Assembly (NCBI GenBank): GCA_963514005.1
Contig: OY740808.1
Coordinates: 12,710,001 to 12,774,000, forward strand
Length of the DNA: 64,000 bases
Source: Raja brachyura
Taxonomy: Eukaryota
Direction: 5' to 3'
Part shown: positions 49,411 through 62,919 of the stretch, in pieces
Layout: every line of letters starts with the position of its first letter
Position numbering within the stretch: the first letter of the stretch is position 1
Notes under the pieces: model-generated
What the model was told of the DNA's origin: nothing
What the model saw: the letters and a program-made list of their open reading frames with translations, nothing else
Databases searched by the model: none
Program-made: the position numbers and the translations under genes

Positions 49411-51204
49411 TTAAACGATAGGTAATGTCTACTTTAGTTACAATTATAAAAATGTCAGGAATAAAAACTGAAAACAGGTCAGCTAACGTCATGGAAAGAA
49501 AACAAATTCAGCTGGCACCCGGAGATAGAGAGAAAAACTATTTGGTTTTCAGTGCCAGAAAAGGTTGGAAGGGGGTGGACGGGGAGATGTCGAGAACACA
49601 GTTCCTCTGATAGATTTTAACTGGGTGAACTAGCCACTTGCACGTACATTACCGTATATTTAACTGCCGATCTATTTTCTTGTTAATGGAGATGCAAAGG
49701 AACATGTTCTGCGGTACGGACTAAAAGTATAGAATAAAGAAAAAGGGGCCAAATAATGACGGACAGAAATGACCAGCTCTGATAGAAGCTGAAGAAACGA
49801 CTGGTTAGTCTAAAATTAGGAAACTTGATTCCGAATCGGGATAGCTGCAACTCGTTACAAGTTCACGTTCACTAGTTATAGGAGTAGAATTAGGCCGTTC
49901 GGACAATCGAGTCGACTGCGCACTCAACCATGGCTGATCTAAGCCCCCTGGTCTCATTTTCCTGCCTTCTCCCCATAACCCTTGAAACAGTTCTAATCAA
50001 GAATTTGTCTATCTCTACTGATCCACATCAAAAATATCATAAGAAGCCGCACAGAAAGGCCGAAATTGAAGCTCCGGATTCAATTTACGGACTGGGTACG
50101 GATGCTCCATTAAGCAATGCATGTTTATTTCCTCGTATGTAAAGGAATGTGTACCGTGAACACAACACTGGAAGGGTCTTACGAACCCTGAACGGTAAGA
50201 CGACGGTAAGAGGTGAAAGCACAGGCGTATAATTCAATTGCAAGGGTAATTGGAGAGGCAGGGCTCCATTTCGTCCTCAGCTTTTCTTCTGAGCATTGTA
50301 GTTACCCTCCATGAGCGGACGCTTCATGGCAGCGAGCAATCGCGCTTCATGTACCTGCCCCTACTGAAGAATACCACTCATCCTGCACCTCTCCTCAAAA
50401 ATCAAATTTCAAGAACACAGCACACTTTGAAAATTGGGGATCACAAGCAAGGCAGGCTTTGATGACTAAAAATCACAGGTGATGCTTGTATAGAGCCTCG
50501 CGCAGATTATGGAAACTGACGTTGGGAGGTCAATACCTCGAACATGGCATGAAAAACAATTTCTGCTAACCAACAACAGCAATCGACTGATTCTTGAACA
50601 TGTCGCTCATTAATGTAACCTGGCGAATCAACGGACAAGGTTGCAAATGCGCTGTACTTGAGACCGCCCAAAAAGATTGGCACCAGAAGTGAAGGTTTGT
50701 AAGCATTGGTTCACAGGCCAACACTAAAAGTATCCACGTTGTGATCAGTTGCTCAACGTTGTTGGGAGCTGTATGTGAGTAATGGATGGCAGGGTTGGTC
50801 ATTTGGTGTCCATATCCTTGGCGTACAGATCCAAGACCAAACTGCTGAAACGAGCACTCTACTCTGAGCTCCATTGTGCAATGATATTGGGAGGACAGAA
50901 TAAATGTTTCAAGGGCATTTTGAACCCGGCAAGCAGCGGCTAGCAGGCCCGTCTCGCCGGCCGTGAACCGTCCTCGGAGGACCCGACCAGTAAACCCGCC
51001 GGGGTCTCCGGTGGGTTCGAGCGCCGACCGAGAGGCTCAACGGTGTCCGCCCGAAATCTCGCGGTCAGCGGGAGCCTGCCCGAAGGCTCGATGATCGACG
51101 GGCATCCAGGAACCGCCCGAAGGCTCGGCGGACGGCATAACCGGGAGGGAACAGGAGACGTCGGAAGCGAAGGGCAAAGACCAGTAGGAGGGTGAAGCGG
51201 AGTA

Positions 51205-51850
51205 ATGCCCCCTGCTGAGCAATTGAGTCCTAGCCTGTTCAACCTGTCCCCATAGCTCGGGACCTCGAGTCCCCATCTTCATAAATCATCTCTGCACCCT
51301 TTCCGGTTTGACAACAATGTTCTTGTAAGAGGGTGCCAAAAAATAAACATAATATTCTAAATGCATCCACACCAATGTCTTATGCAACTGCAACATGACA
51401 TCCCAACCTCCATACTCAATACTCTGACTGATGAAGGCCAAAGTAGGCAACCGAACAAGATCAAGTTCCAGCTGCAATTTTTGAAAAACATCTTTATATC
51501 TACAATACAATCACCTTTGTCTCACCTGCAAACTTGCTGACTTTGCCATGTACCTTCTCATCCAAATCATTGTCAGAGATTACAAAGAGCATTGGGCCCA
51601 GCGCCGAACCCCGAGGCACACCACTTGTCAGAGTCCTCCAGTCGGAAAACGAATCTTCCACCATCACCCTCTGCTTCCTACCATGAAGACAATGTCCTAT
51701 CAAATCAGTTACCTCTCCTTGAAACCCACGGGATCTAACGTTCCAGAGTATTGCATGCCGAACCTTAACAAATGCCTTACTAAAATTAATGTATACAATT
51801 CTGCAGAACTGCCTTCATGGACCTATTTGGTCACATCTTCAAAATGTCAA
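51205..51850 (-). mobile_element. Decayed CR1 fragment
   Basis: ORFs 51500-51703 (SGVPRGSALGP) and 51286-51510; homologous to ~30030-30660. Confidence 0.75.
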
Positions 51851-52382
51851 TGAATCATATGGCCTGGGCATGTATGGCTGCTGAAGGTACTGGATCACTT
51901 ATCTTCATTGACGTTACAACTGCTGATGGTAGGAGCATAATGATTTCTGAAGTGTATAGACACATTCTATCAGCTCAAGTTCAAACAATGCCTCAAAACT
52001 CAATTGGCCGGCGGTTCATTCTACAACAAGACAATGATCCCAAATATCCTGCGAAAGTAACAAATTCGTTTTTCAAAGCTAAAAAAATTTCACTTCTTGA
52101 GTGGCAAAATCAATCACCCGATCTGAACCGAATTGAGCATGCCTTTTACATGCTGAAGCTCAAACTAAGGGGGACTAGTGCACAAAACAAAAATAAGATA
52201 AAGATGGTTGCAATACAGGCCTGGCAGAGCATTACCAGAGAAGACACCCAGCAACTGGTGATGTCCATGAATCACAGACGTCAAGCAGTCATTGCATGCA
52301 AAGGATATGCAACAAAATAGTAAACATGACTACTTTCATTTACATTACATTGCTATGTCCCAAACATGATGGTACCCTGAAA
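51851..52382 (+). mobile_element. Tc1-family transposase C-terminal fragment
   Basis: WACMAAEGTGSLIFID...FILQQDNDPK...EW..QSPDLNRIEH...LVMSM..R.QAVIACKGYATK. Confidence 0.9.
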
Positions 52383-53501
52383 TGAGGGGACTATATATTA
52401 AGAACAGCATGGATTTGAAATTGGAGCTAAATCTGGCGACACTATATACTGTCTCAGTGTACCTCCACTATACAATTTTACTGCATCTGAGATGTTTATC
52501 TAAGATGTATTTAAGCGCTTATGTATAGTGATACTTGTACTGAACTGTAAACAAAAAATAGTTACACTGTACCCTGGTAGATGAGAATAACGCACCATCG
52601 AACCATTCATAAAAACTCTATGTATTTCTTTAGACATAAAATGCTGGTCAGAGTACATCTCTGGATAAAATGAATAGGTGACGTTTCGGGTCTGAAGAAG
52701 CTTCGTCAGCTATTCCTTTAATCCAGAGATGCTGTCTGACCCGAATTAATTACTCCAACTTTTAATGTCAATCTTCGGTTTAATCTGGCACCTGCAGTTC
52801 CTTCCTACACACTACGTGTTTCTTTAATCGGCAACCGGACAGCGTATTTCAATTGGGCTGCAGAGGATTATCGGAGAGTTTCGGAGAAAGAGAGGAGAAC
52901 TAATTGGAAATTAAATGCTTATTGTTAGAGGGATGAACAAGAGAACCCTGGATATGTTGGATCTACAGTGGGCACTTAATATCATGCTGGGTCTGACTAT
53001 GTAGGGGTGAGATAAAGTGGAATGTCTACGGGGAGAATGTTGTAAATCATTGGAATCCTCTTTGTTGGGCGGGTTTGAATGTCGCGTCATTGTAACAATT
53101 CATATCTGATCGTCTGATATTGATGGATAGTTGGACACTAGAGGAAAAGATGGAAGTGCCAAGACTAGGAAGATTCGATCTTTGCTGTTTGCTCCCTCAG
53201 ATAAAAAATACAACCCACAGCGGGGATTGTGATGGAACACTGCATGATAACGACAGATTAAGCTTAATTGGAATACAAATCTCGTCATCTGTTAATGTCA
53301 ATGTCTTCGGTGAAAAAGGATGGAGGTGCGGTGCATAGTGTGGATAGTGTGAAGCAGAGGTGGGAACAAACTGTGAGTTTTACAGAAACTTGCTGATATG
53401 TTGGGAATGAATGTCGTTTCCGTTAAATTTCCAGGTATGCACATATCTTGCCTTTATTTACAGTATGTACGGTATATACAGCCTTACGAACGAAAACATA
53501 T

Positions 53502-55802
53502 ATATTTTTTGTTAAATATTTTTATTAGAAGTAAGTACATATCAAAGGAAGAATATACATGTCACATACATTCTTAATATTATTCATATTAACAATTATT
53601 TCTAATTTGTACTTCCATGTATTTTTCATTTTTAATATAGGTAGGAAATAAAAGAGAAAAATAAAGTAAAAATAGAAATTCAAAAAGATGAATGAAGTAT
53701 TAAGCAGTTTATACATCATTGGAGATATATCCATGGGTTATTATCTGTAAATCTTCATCTATTCCTTCGTTCAGGCTTCAGTCAGGTTCTCGCACCGAAC
53801 CATTTTGACCCTTTAGATATTCAATAAATGGAGACCATATCCATATAACCATATACCTATATAACAATTACAGCACGGAAACAGGCCATCTCGGCCCTTC
53901 AAGTCCGTGCCGAACAACTTTTTTTTCCCTTAGTCCCACCTGCCTGCACTCATATCATAACCCTCCATACCCTTCTCATCCATATGCCTATCCAATTTAT
54001 TTTTAAATGATACCAACGAACCTGCCGCCACCACTTCCACTGGAAGCTCATTCCACACCGCTACCACTCTCTGAGTAAAGAAGTTCCCCCTCATGTTACC
54101 CCTAAACCTCTGTCCTTAATTCTAAAGTCATGTCCTCTTGTTTGAATCTTCCCTATTCTCAAAGGGAAAAGCTTGTCCACATTAACTCTGTCTATCCCTC
54201 TCATCATTTTAAAGACCTCTATCAAGTCCCCCCTTAACCTTCTGCGCTCCAGAGAATAAAAACCTAACTTATTCAACCTATCCCTGTAACTTAGCTGTTG
54301 AAACCCAGGCAACATTCTAGTAAATCTCCTCTGTACCCTCTCTATTTTGTTGACATCCTTCCTATAATTGGGCGACCACAATTGTACACCATACTCCAGA
54401 TTTGGTTTCGCCAACGCCTTGTAAAATTTTAACATTACATCCCAGCTTCTATACTCAATGCTCTGATTTATAAAGGCTAGCATACCAAAAGCTTTCTTTA
54501 CCACCCTATCTATATGAGATTCCACCTTCAAGGAACTATGCACGGTTATTCGCAGATCCCTCTGTTCAACTGTATTCTTCAATTCCCTACCGTTTACCAT
54601 GTACGTCCTATTTTGATTTGTCCTGCCAAGGTGTAGCACCTCACATTTATCAGCATTAAACTCCATCTGCCATCTTTCAGCCCATTTTTCCAACTGGCCT
54701 AAATCACTCTGTAGACTTTGGAAACCCGCTTCATTATCCACAACACCCCCTATCTTGGTATCATCTGCATACTTACTAATCCAATTTACCACCCCTTCAT
54801 CCAGATCATTGATGTACATGACACACAACAAAGGACCCAACACAGATCCCTGAGGCACCCCACTAGTCACCTGCCTCCAACCCGACAAACAGCCATCCAC
54901 CATTACCCTCTGGCTTCTCCCATTCAGCCACTGTTGAATCCATCTTGCTATTCCTGCATTTATACCCAACAGTTGATATCCCTCTGAATTGATCCAACTT
55001 GCCCAGAAGGACAAGTCTTAATCTTTCCAGATGAAGTGTCTCCGACATTTCAGTGATCCACATTTTGATTGTGGGGGATGTAGGACCTTAGTTTTTTCCC
55101 AATTATTAAACTGTAATCGATAAAAAATATTTGATTCATTTTTATTAATTGATCTGTTTCTAATATTCCAATAAAATATTATAAATATATGATATCAATT
55201 TGTCTGTATTTGGATGTTTATTTAGACATTCATCTAAAATTTCTGTCTTTCTATTTCTAAATTCCTGTGTGTTTGATTTTACATAGTCTCTAATTTGTAA
55301 ATATCTAAAGTAATCTTTTGGATGTAATCCATAAATGTGTTGTAATTCTTGAAATGAAAGAAAGGAGTTTTCCCTGTAGAGATCGCCCATCTTGTTAATT
55401 CCATAGTTTTTCCATTGTGAAAAACCTTTGTCCATCATTGAAGGTTTAAATGTAACATTGTTTACAATGGGGAGAGCTAGTGGTATACATTCCAATTTTA
55501 ATGTTTTCTTTAGTTGTTTCCAGATACGTATCCCACTTTCTATTATAGGGTTTTCTTTATAGGTTTTCTTACCAAATTTAGCATTGGCAAATAAAATCGA
55601 GCTAATGTCAAAAGGTGAACAATCTTCTTTTTTCCATTTTTAACCAATTTGGTTATTTATCTAATTCATCCAGCCAAAAATTCATATTTTTAATACTAAC
55701 TGCCCAGTACTAAAACATAAAATGTGGCAATGCTAGACCACCATTTATTTTTGATTTATATAAATGTTTTTAATTTATTCTATGGCTCTTATATTCCCAG
55801 AT
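53502..55802 (-). mobile_element. L1-clade 3' fragment specific to the cluster 4 unit
   Basis: ORF 55160-55495 similar to 1362-2306; TSD AACATAT at 53495-53501/55803-55809; empty site at ~35229-35236. Confidence 0.88.
53843..54975 (-). mobile_element. Young CR1 3' fragment nested in the L1
   Basis: Largely open RT ORF 54091-55014; TTATATGG-type tail; TSD ATATCC at 53837-53842/54976-54981. Confidence 0.92.
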
Positions 55803-56444
55803 AACATATTTAACAAATACTTTAAACCATGAAGGTGTGGGGTTGGTCGGGACATTTTTGACCAGAAGAACAACCTGAAACATCAAATCAATTTCTTACT
55901 TCAGGCCGCCTCGCCGAGAATTTTCTGCCAATTTTGGGGATTCTTCTTGGAGTTGAGATCACGTTTGTCATGATTGGTTTAGAACGCATTGTATAACTTG
56001 GCGGGTGGCACAAACTCACTACTGCTCTACGATTGTCATTCGAGATCGAGATTGAGGGAAAATAAATTAGCGTTTCTTGCTCAAAGATACAAGAGAACAC
56101 AATCCATATTAAGTCGTCATGTTTGTGGTCACAAATAAATCAAGGAGAATCAGCGATGCATTTGACAATAGTTTTACAACTTTACTCAACGTTTGCAAAT
56201 AGTAACTTCGGTACAATGGCAACATACATAATTTTAGTTAACGCAATTGACTCGACGTGATGCTTTATTCAAGAACGATATTCTTTCGAAAGAACTACAT
56301 TTAAAGCGAAGTCATACAAATCAAGGTTTCAAATATAAGTAGCATTTCTTTATGAAAATTCCGTAAGACAAACACTAACTTTGTCACATGGAAGAAACCA
56401 ATGGTGATTAACTAACTTTGGGGAGTCAGCTCGCGCTTCAAACA

Positions 56445-56767
56445 TCAGATACAGCTGGATCTCGTGATAGTTGTCTTCAGCGGGTTTGACTGAGTCTCGT
56501 GTTTAACCACACAGGAGTAAAGCTCGTGTAAGTTCCAGTCTGAGGCTGGCAAAGTCAGGTAACTGCTGAGACTGAACGTGTTGTCCTTATCCTGCTGGAT
56601 CGGGCTGGTCTCAACGCCGCTATTTTTTGCACCGCCGTCGACGCTCCACTCAACGGCCACCGAGCCCGGATTAAACCCGTTCACCAAACAAACCAGGGTG
56701 GCGGTGCCCTTTGAGCTAACTTCATCCGCTGAGGGCGGGAGGACCGTCACGATCGGTGCCCGAGGAT
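56445..56767 (-). CDS. IGLC: Ig light-chain constant exon, cluster 4
   Basis: 323 nt, CAG|AT acceptor, intact C1-set domain ending TTITRSSCI*. Confidence 0.96.
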
Positions 56768-57986
56768 CTGTTTAATAAGAAGTCACATTTAATTGGAGAA
56801 ATGCTGTCGTTGAGATATCATTATTTGCCGAAAATACATCTCATTAAAGCACTAATTTATTCATTTGAAGAAATAAGTCGTTTTATTCTCGACCTATGTC
56901 CAGCCATTATAGTGTGAGTTTGTTTTAATTTGGTGAACAATAAATAAAGTACGTGAAGGCAACTAGAATAGATCGTGTCTGCGGTTTGCATAAACTCCGG
57001 GAAAGCTTATATGAGAGATCATGGCTGCACTTTTTATAAAACTGAATACATTATTATAGCTTTTATAATGTTCATTTCACTACACAGCTCGGGCTTTATA
57101 TTTATATAAACATATCATCAGATATAAACGATTCCCGGTCGCGAAATCTATAATAACAGATTTCAACCTATTTAATTGTCGGCACCCATTGAGATGGAGG
57201 GTGACGCTATTTAAGTTCGGCAACAATACATAGAAACTAGTGTTCGAAAGCCACGGTTGCCGATTGGCCGATGTCGTTCACAAGCAAGGATGGCATTCTG
57301 TTCGAATGTTCATTTAAATTTGAAATGCACTGCTGCATCCACGAAAGGCTGCTCGACGTATTAATCAAAATTTCTGAGGGAAATGTGTGAAACTTTATCT
57401 TCGCATGTCGCTTGTTGATATCCTTGTTAAACCCGTCAACCGGAATTTTGACAGTGTTGAATATTAACGTTGCTGACCCCTCGTTACCCAAGCAATTTCC
57501 TTTCATATCTGCACAATCACTGCGAATATTTCCGCATATTATTGGACGAACCCTATTCCATGCAACTTCAGTTCTACATCAACCCTCATCTAATTGACTA
57601 TTTCAAAATCAGAGAGAAATTGCACCATTCGCATTGGGTAGTGCGCGATCATCATTAGACGGTAAAAAAATTGGAAAGTTGAAGATTTGCATCACATTTT
57701 CGAGTACATTAAATTCATGGTGCGACCCAAAGTAATTCTGTGAACTGTAAAAAAAATGTTGTTTGTAATCGCAGCTGCGCGATTTCTAATCTAATATTAA
57801 CGCTGTAAATGTTAGTCTTGCTCGAGTTATGGTTGCTTTGAAATGCTTTGAAAGCGGAATATGTCTCTGATCAGTGCAAACAATTAAATGCATTATTTTC
57901 GTCGCTTATATACATTATTTTCAAACAATATCTGCATTAAAATAAAAAGAAAACAGCGCGCTATCCGAAGGATATTTTTTACTTAC

Positions 57987-58328
57987 CGCCAATACCCAGC
58001 CTCGTTCCTTTACCGAAATGCAAACCACTATCCCATTTGGCACAGTAATAATCAGCAGCATCCACCGATTGGACGCCAGATATTGCGAATATTAGAGAGC
58101 TGCCTGACGCCGAGACGGAAAAACGGTCTGGAATGTCCGTGCCTTTATAAGTGGTGCCGGAATAATACAAGAATAGATACTTGGGAGTTTTGCCAGGAAT
58201 CTGTTGGTACCACGAGACATCGTGAGCGCCTGAACTGGAACCCGATATGGTACAGGATATCTGTATGTTCTGTCCCGTAGAGGTGGACATCGAAGGCGGC
58301 TGGCTTACTGTAACTGCCGCGCTTAAGT
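57987..58328 (-). CDS. IGLV: Germline-joined VJ exon, IgL cluster 4 (intact)
   Basis: CTCAG|AC acceptor and G|GTAAGT donor; ISC...WYQQ...DYYC-AKWDSGLH-FGKGTRLGIG; 342 nt. Confidence 0.96.
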
Positions 58329-58449
58329 CTGAGAAAAGAGAAATAACAGAACAAAAAATAAAATTGTTTAGTTTTTGAAGTGTGGGAGATAACCCCAAAT
58401 TAATGGTGAACAGAAATAAGTATAATGTCCAGGGAAGTAAAATACTCAC

Positions 58450-58498
58450 AAAATGCGCAAAAAACCAACGCACCGGCCACACGGATCCAATAAGACAT
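58450..58498 (-). CDS. IgL leader exon, cluster 4 (MSYWIRVAGALVFCAF)
   Basis: ATG at 58498, phase-1 GTGAGT donor, in frame with VJ. Confidence 0.92.
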
Positions 58499-58574
58499 TT
58501 TCATTAACCGACTGAGCTCCGAGAGGGCGGCAGTTTCCAGGACGAGTGGCGTGTAATCTTGCTCTCTGGCTCTC

Positions 58575-58656
58575 TTTATAAATGGAATGACGAGATGTCA
58601 CCGTGTGTTTAACTCTCCAAACCAATCAAACCGGTATGATCGTCGAAGCCAATCAG
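58575..58656 (-). promoter_or_regulatory. IgL promoter, cluster 4 (TATA, half-CRE, two CCAAT; no octamer)
   Basis: TTTATAAA 58575-58582; CTCCAAAC 58615-58622; CCAAT 58622-58626 and 58649-58653. Confidence 0.75.
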
Positions 58657-59838
58657 AAATTGCCAGATTCATCCTCAAAGTATTCGCCACTGTGAAACAT
58701 GCAGGTCTTATTTTAGAGATTTGTATTTCTAAGATGCTTCATGCGATCTCATACATACATCAGAGTAACAAGGATTGTCACAGTTTCCCCTTCTTTATTA
58801 ACAAACAATCTATAATTTTAAATATGACCCCACCGCATATATATACTAAACAAATTGTCTGCGAGTATTGAATATTATATTCGGTAACTGTTTAATCACC
58901 AATGGAAAGGGAATAGAAATATTTTATCTAAACGGTCCAACTGAATACGTATCGCTGAATAAAACATGATGACAGTCACCTCATCGGCACTTTTTGTTTA
59001 ATTATATATCACATTAAATCTAAATATCTTTGTAATTTTAGAAATCGTAAATCCAACAGGCTGCCCTTCTACTTGTGTATCAGATAATTCAGAAAGGACC
59101 TGAGGGGACAGAACATCACTGCAAATGTCAGTAAAGTTGCAGTTTTGGAGGCAATTTTGACTACCCAATGTGTGTCGTGCTTTGAAAAGCGGTCTGTGAA
59201 ACTTTCATGTTGTAATGCGCAGTAATTCGCTAAACATGCCTCGACTCAAAGTGGAAAGGTTACCTGAACCAAATTAATGCATATATGAGTGAAGTAAAGG
59301 GGGTCATATTGGCTCTCACCGACCACTTCTAGAGTTCTTTCGACTTTGTACTACGACAGGACGACAGGAATTTTACACACAGCACATCCATATTCAATTA
59401 AAGTTGAATAGAATACGGGCACTCCAGCTATGTGGTAAAACTGACATGGGAAAAACGTGAAGAGCGGTGTTCGGGAAATAGCGGGTGAGAAAAAGAATTA
59501 TCATCAATAATTATCCTTAAATTGTCATTAAACTAAATAAGTTTAGCAGTGCACATGACTGGTCAGCCATCCATTAATTTAACCGTTCATCCTTTCACCA
59601 CTACGTTTTCACCATGACCTGCCTGGGATTTTCCCAGGAAGCTCCGGTTTCCTCCCACACTACAAAGACAGATTGGGAGGTTCATTGGATTGCTAATATT
59701 GTATATTGTCCCTATTGTGTGTAGGATAATGTTAATGTGCGGGGACTGTTGATCAGTGGGAAGAAGGGTCTGTTTATGCGCTGTATCTCCAAATTAAACT
59801 AAAGTTACTACAATTTGTACCATATACAGAATGAGCTG

Positions 59839-59928
59839 GAAAATGAATGGTCGGCACGGACTGGAAGGGCCGAGAAGGCCTGTTTTCCGTGCTGTAATTG
59901 TTATATGGATATATGGTTATATGGTTAT
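59839..59928 (+). mobile_element. 90-bp CR1 3'-terminal insertion
   Basis: Reverse complement of the 3' end seen at ~41590-41660; (TTATATGG)n tail; TSD AGCTG at 59834-59838/59929-59933; empty site at 39246-39250. Confidence 0.85.
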
Positions 59929-62919
59929 AGCTGCAATTGCAGGCATAACCCACTCTGAAAGTAGGCATGTCACTACGACTAGCAAGTTTACCTAATGTTT
60001 ATTTGCACAGGTCCCTGCTCTCACCGTTCTCATCCTTCTCTATTTGCTGCACGTTTTAAACCTAGCAACGTGCAATACCGTGAGAAAATGAACGCGCGAA
60101 AGTTTGCACTGGCACAAGGCTGTTCATTATTACATCCCCAAATGCCGATCCGCAGATGCTACATGATCCCCCAACTTTCCCACATCGGCCAACGTCCCAT
60201 CTGCACTAGTCCTACCTGCCCGTATTGGGTCCGTATCCCTCCAAATCTGTCATATCAATTTACTTGCCAAACTGGTTTTAAAACGTTGTGATAGTCGCTG
60301 GCACAACGACCTCCTCTGGCTGCTTGTTCCATACACCCACCACCCTCTGCGGGAAAAAAGTTACCCCTCAGATTCCTATTAAATCTTTGCCCGTCACCAT
60401 AAACCTGGTCCTCGATTCACCTACTATGGGCAAGGGACTATACATCTACCCGATCTATGAATCTCATGACCCTATACACATCCATAATATTTCCCCTCAT
60501 CTTCCTGCGCTCCAAGGAATAGAGTCCCAGCCTACTCAACACTCCCCCCCCCCCCCCCACCCGTACACAACCCCCCTATACCTCAGACCCTCTAGTCCTG
60601 GCAACATCTTCGTAAATCTTCTCTGTACCCATTCCAGCTTGTCGAAATATTTCCTATAAGATGGTGCCCAGACTGAACACAATACTCTAAATGCGGCGTC
60701 ATCAACGTCTTATATATCTGCAACAAGACCTCCCAACCTCTATACTCATTTCTACGGCTGATGAAGGCCAATGTTCCAAAAGCCTTTTTAACCACCTGAT
60801 CTACCGTCGACTGCCTAGGTCCAGCCTATGTTAGTATTCCCAAAATGCAACACTTCACATTTCTCTGCATTAAATTCCATCAACCATTCCCCAGCCTACC
60901 TGGCCAATTGATCAAGAACCTGTTGCACTTCTTCACAACCATCTCCACTATCTGCAAAACCTCTCGAGTTTGTATCATCGGCAAACTTGCTCATCTTACC
61001 AAGTATGATCCCATTCAAGTCATTCATATAGATGACAAATATTAACGGGTCCAGCACCGAACCCTAAATTTTAAATTCATCCAGTGAATTGACATTTACG
61101 GCCTTCTGTGGCAGAGTATTCCACAAATTCACAACTCTCTGGGTGAAAGTTTTTTCTCCTCACAGTATTAAATGCCCCCCCCCCCCCCTCTCTTTGTTCT
61201 TAGACTGTGCCCCCTGGTTCTTAGACTGTGGCCCGCTGCACTGCCTCCATAGCAAGGATGTCCTTCCTCAAATTAGTAGACCAAAACTGCACACAATACT
61301 TAACTGCACACAATACTTGAGATGTGGTCTCACCAGGGCCATGTACAACTGCAGATGGACCTCTTTCCTCCTCTACTCAAGTCGTCTCGTTATGAAGGCC
61401 AACATGCCATTAGCTTTCTGCACTGCCTGCTGTACCTGCATGTTTTCTTTCAGTGACTGGTGTACTGGGACACCCAGAACTTGCTGCACTCCCCTTTTTC
61501 CTAATCTGACACCATTCAAATAATAATCTGCCTCCTTGTTCTTGCCTACAAAGTGGATGAACTCACAGTTATCTACATTATACTGCATCTGCCATGCGTC
61601 TGCCCACTCACTCAACCTGTCCAAGTCGCACTGCAACCTGCTCGCATCATCTTCGACTTTACAATGCCACCCAACTTTGTGTCATCTGCAAATTTGCTAG
61701 TGTTACTTTAAATATCATCATCTAATTCATCAATATATATTGTAAATTGTTGCGGTCCCAGCACCAAGCCTTGCGGCACTACACTTGCCATTGCCTACCA
61801 TTCCGACAGGGACCCGTTTATTTCTACTCTTTGTTTCCTGTTTCCCAATCAATTCTATTTCCATGTCAATACCATGTCAAAGATGAAGCAGAGTGCATTG
61901 TTGAAGGTTTGTTTAATGTTTAACAGTCAAAAAAGTGGACATGGTGACTAATAAAACAGTGTTGGCCCCACTGCACTTCCAGATGTCTATTGGGATATCT
62001 CAATTCATGAGATATACAAGACAAGCTCGGCCCTTGATTTAATAATTAGTTCACTGTTTCTTGAGTACAAAGAAGAAAATTAATTTTAAAACAGAGTTTA
62101 CTTTTGTGTCGAGATCAGATTTATTGATTGTTTAAATGATTGTTTTGATCCAGTTCACAGATCTCACCTTCATGACAGAGAGAGAGAAAGAGAGGAAGAC
62201 TGCACGTTAGATCACGTTAGATCACGTTAGAAAGATGCCAGGACTTTCGAGTTCCCCAAACCAGTTGTAGCAAACAGGAACCTGGAAGGGCAGAAATTCA
62301 TATGACTTCTTATTATTAACCGCCGTCTATAACTGTTCAGGTTTAAAGAGGGTAAAGGTGTGAGATTTACTGCTTCATTAATATTTTCTCGTATTTTCTA
62401 TAATAAAGATCGTGTTGGAACCAAAATAATCTATCTCCATTCAATCTCATTACAGTTCTCCAATCAACACCAAATTCTCAAGGCTTCTCTGATATTGCTC
62501 AAAAAAGAGCAACATGGCTGTGATGATATCCTTGCCACACGTGATGGCTTCTGCTCTGACAACATTCAAGAAGTCCGACATTTTACAGGGTTAATTTTTT
62601 ATTTCAATGACATAATCCCATCCTTTGTCTCTCTTTGCTACAAGCGCAACAAGCCCACGGTCTGCACCGTCTACACAATGCATTCTAATCAGTCCCCTTA
62701 CGTACAATCTCAACAAATTGGTCACCAAGGCATTCAAGAACCAGACGCATAATTCATAAATTCATAAATTCATTGTTCTTGGAGCAGAATTATGCCATTC
62801 GCTCCATCAACGCTACTCCGCCATTCAATCATGGCCGAACTATCTTAACCCCTCACCCCATTCTCATCCTATATCCGTACCCCTGTACCAATCAAGGATC
62901 TCTGAACCTCCACTTTAAA

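Larger units (their letters stand above)
52425..61807 (+). repeat. Segmental duplicate of ~34150-41098 (cluster 3 unit) plus later insertions
   Basis: Long near-identical collinear sequence through the 3' flank, C, intron, VJ, promoter and upstream repeats. Confidence 0.93.

Noticed and set aside
50925-51200. GC/CpG-rich patches (also ~33930-34140) as possible CpG-island promoters
   Set aside because: Short, flanked by retroelement debris and not linked to any gene; probably repeat fragments that I cannot classify
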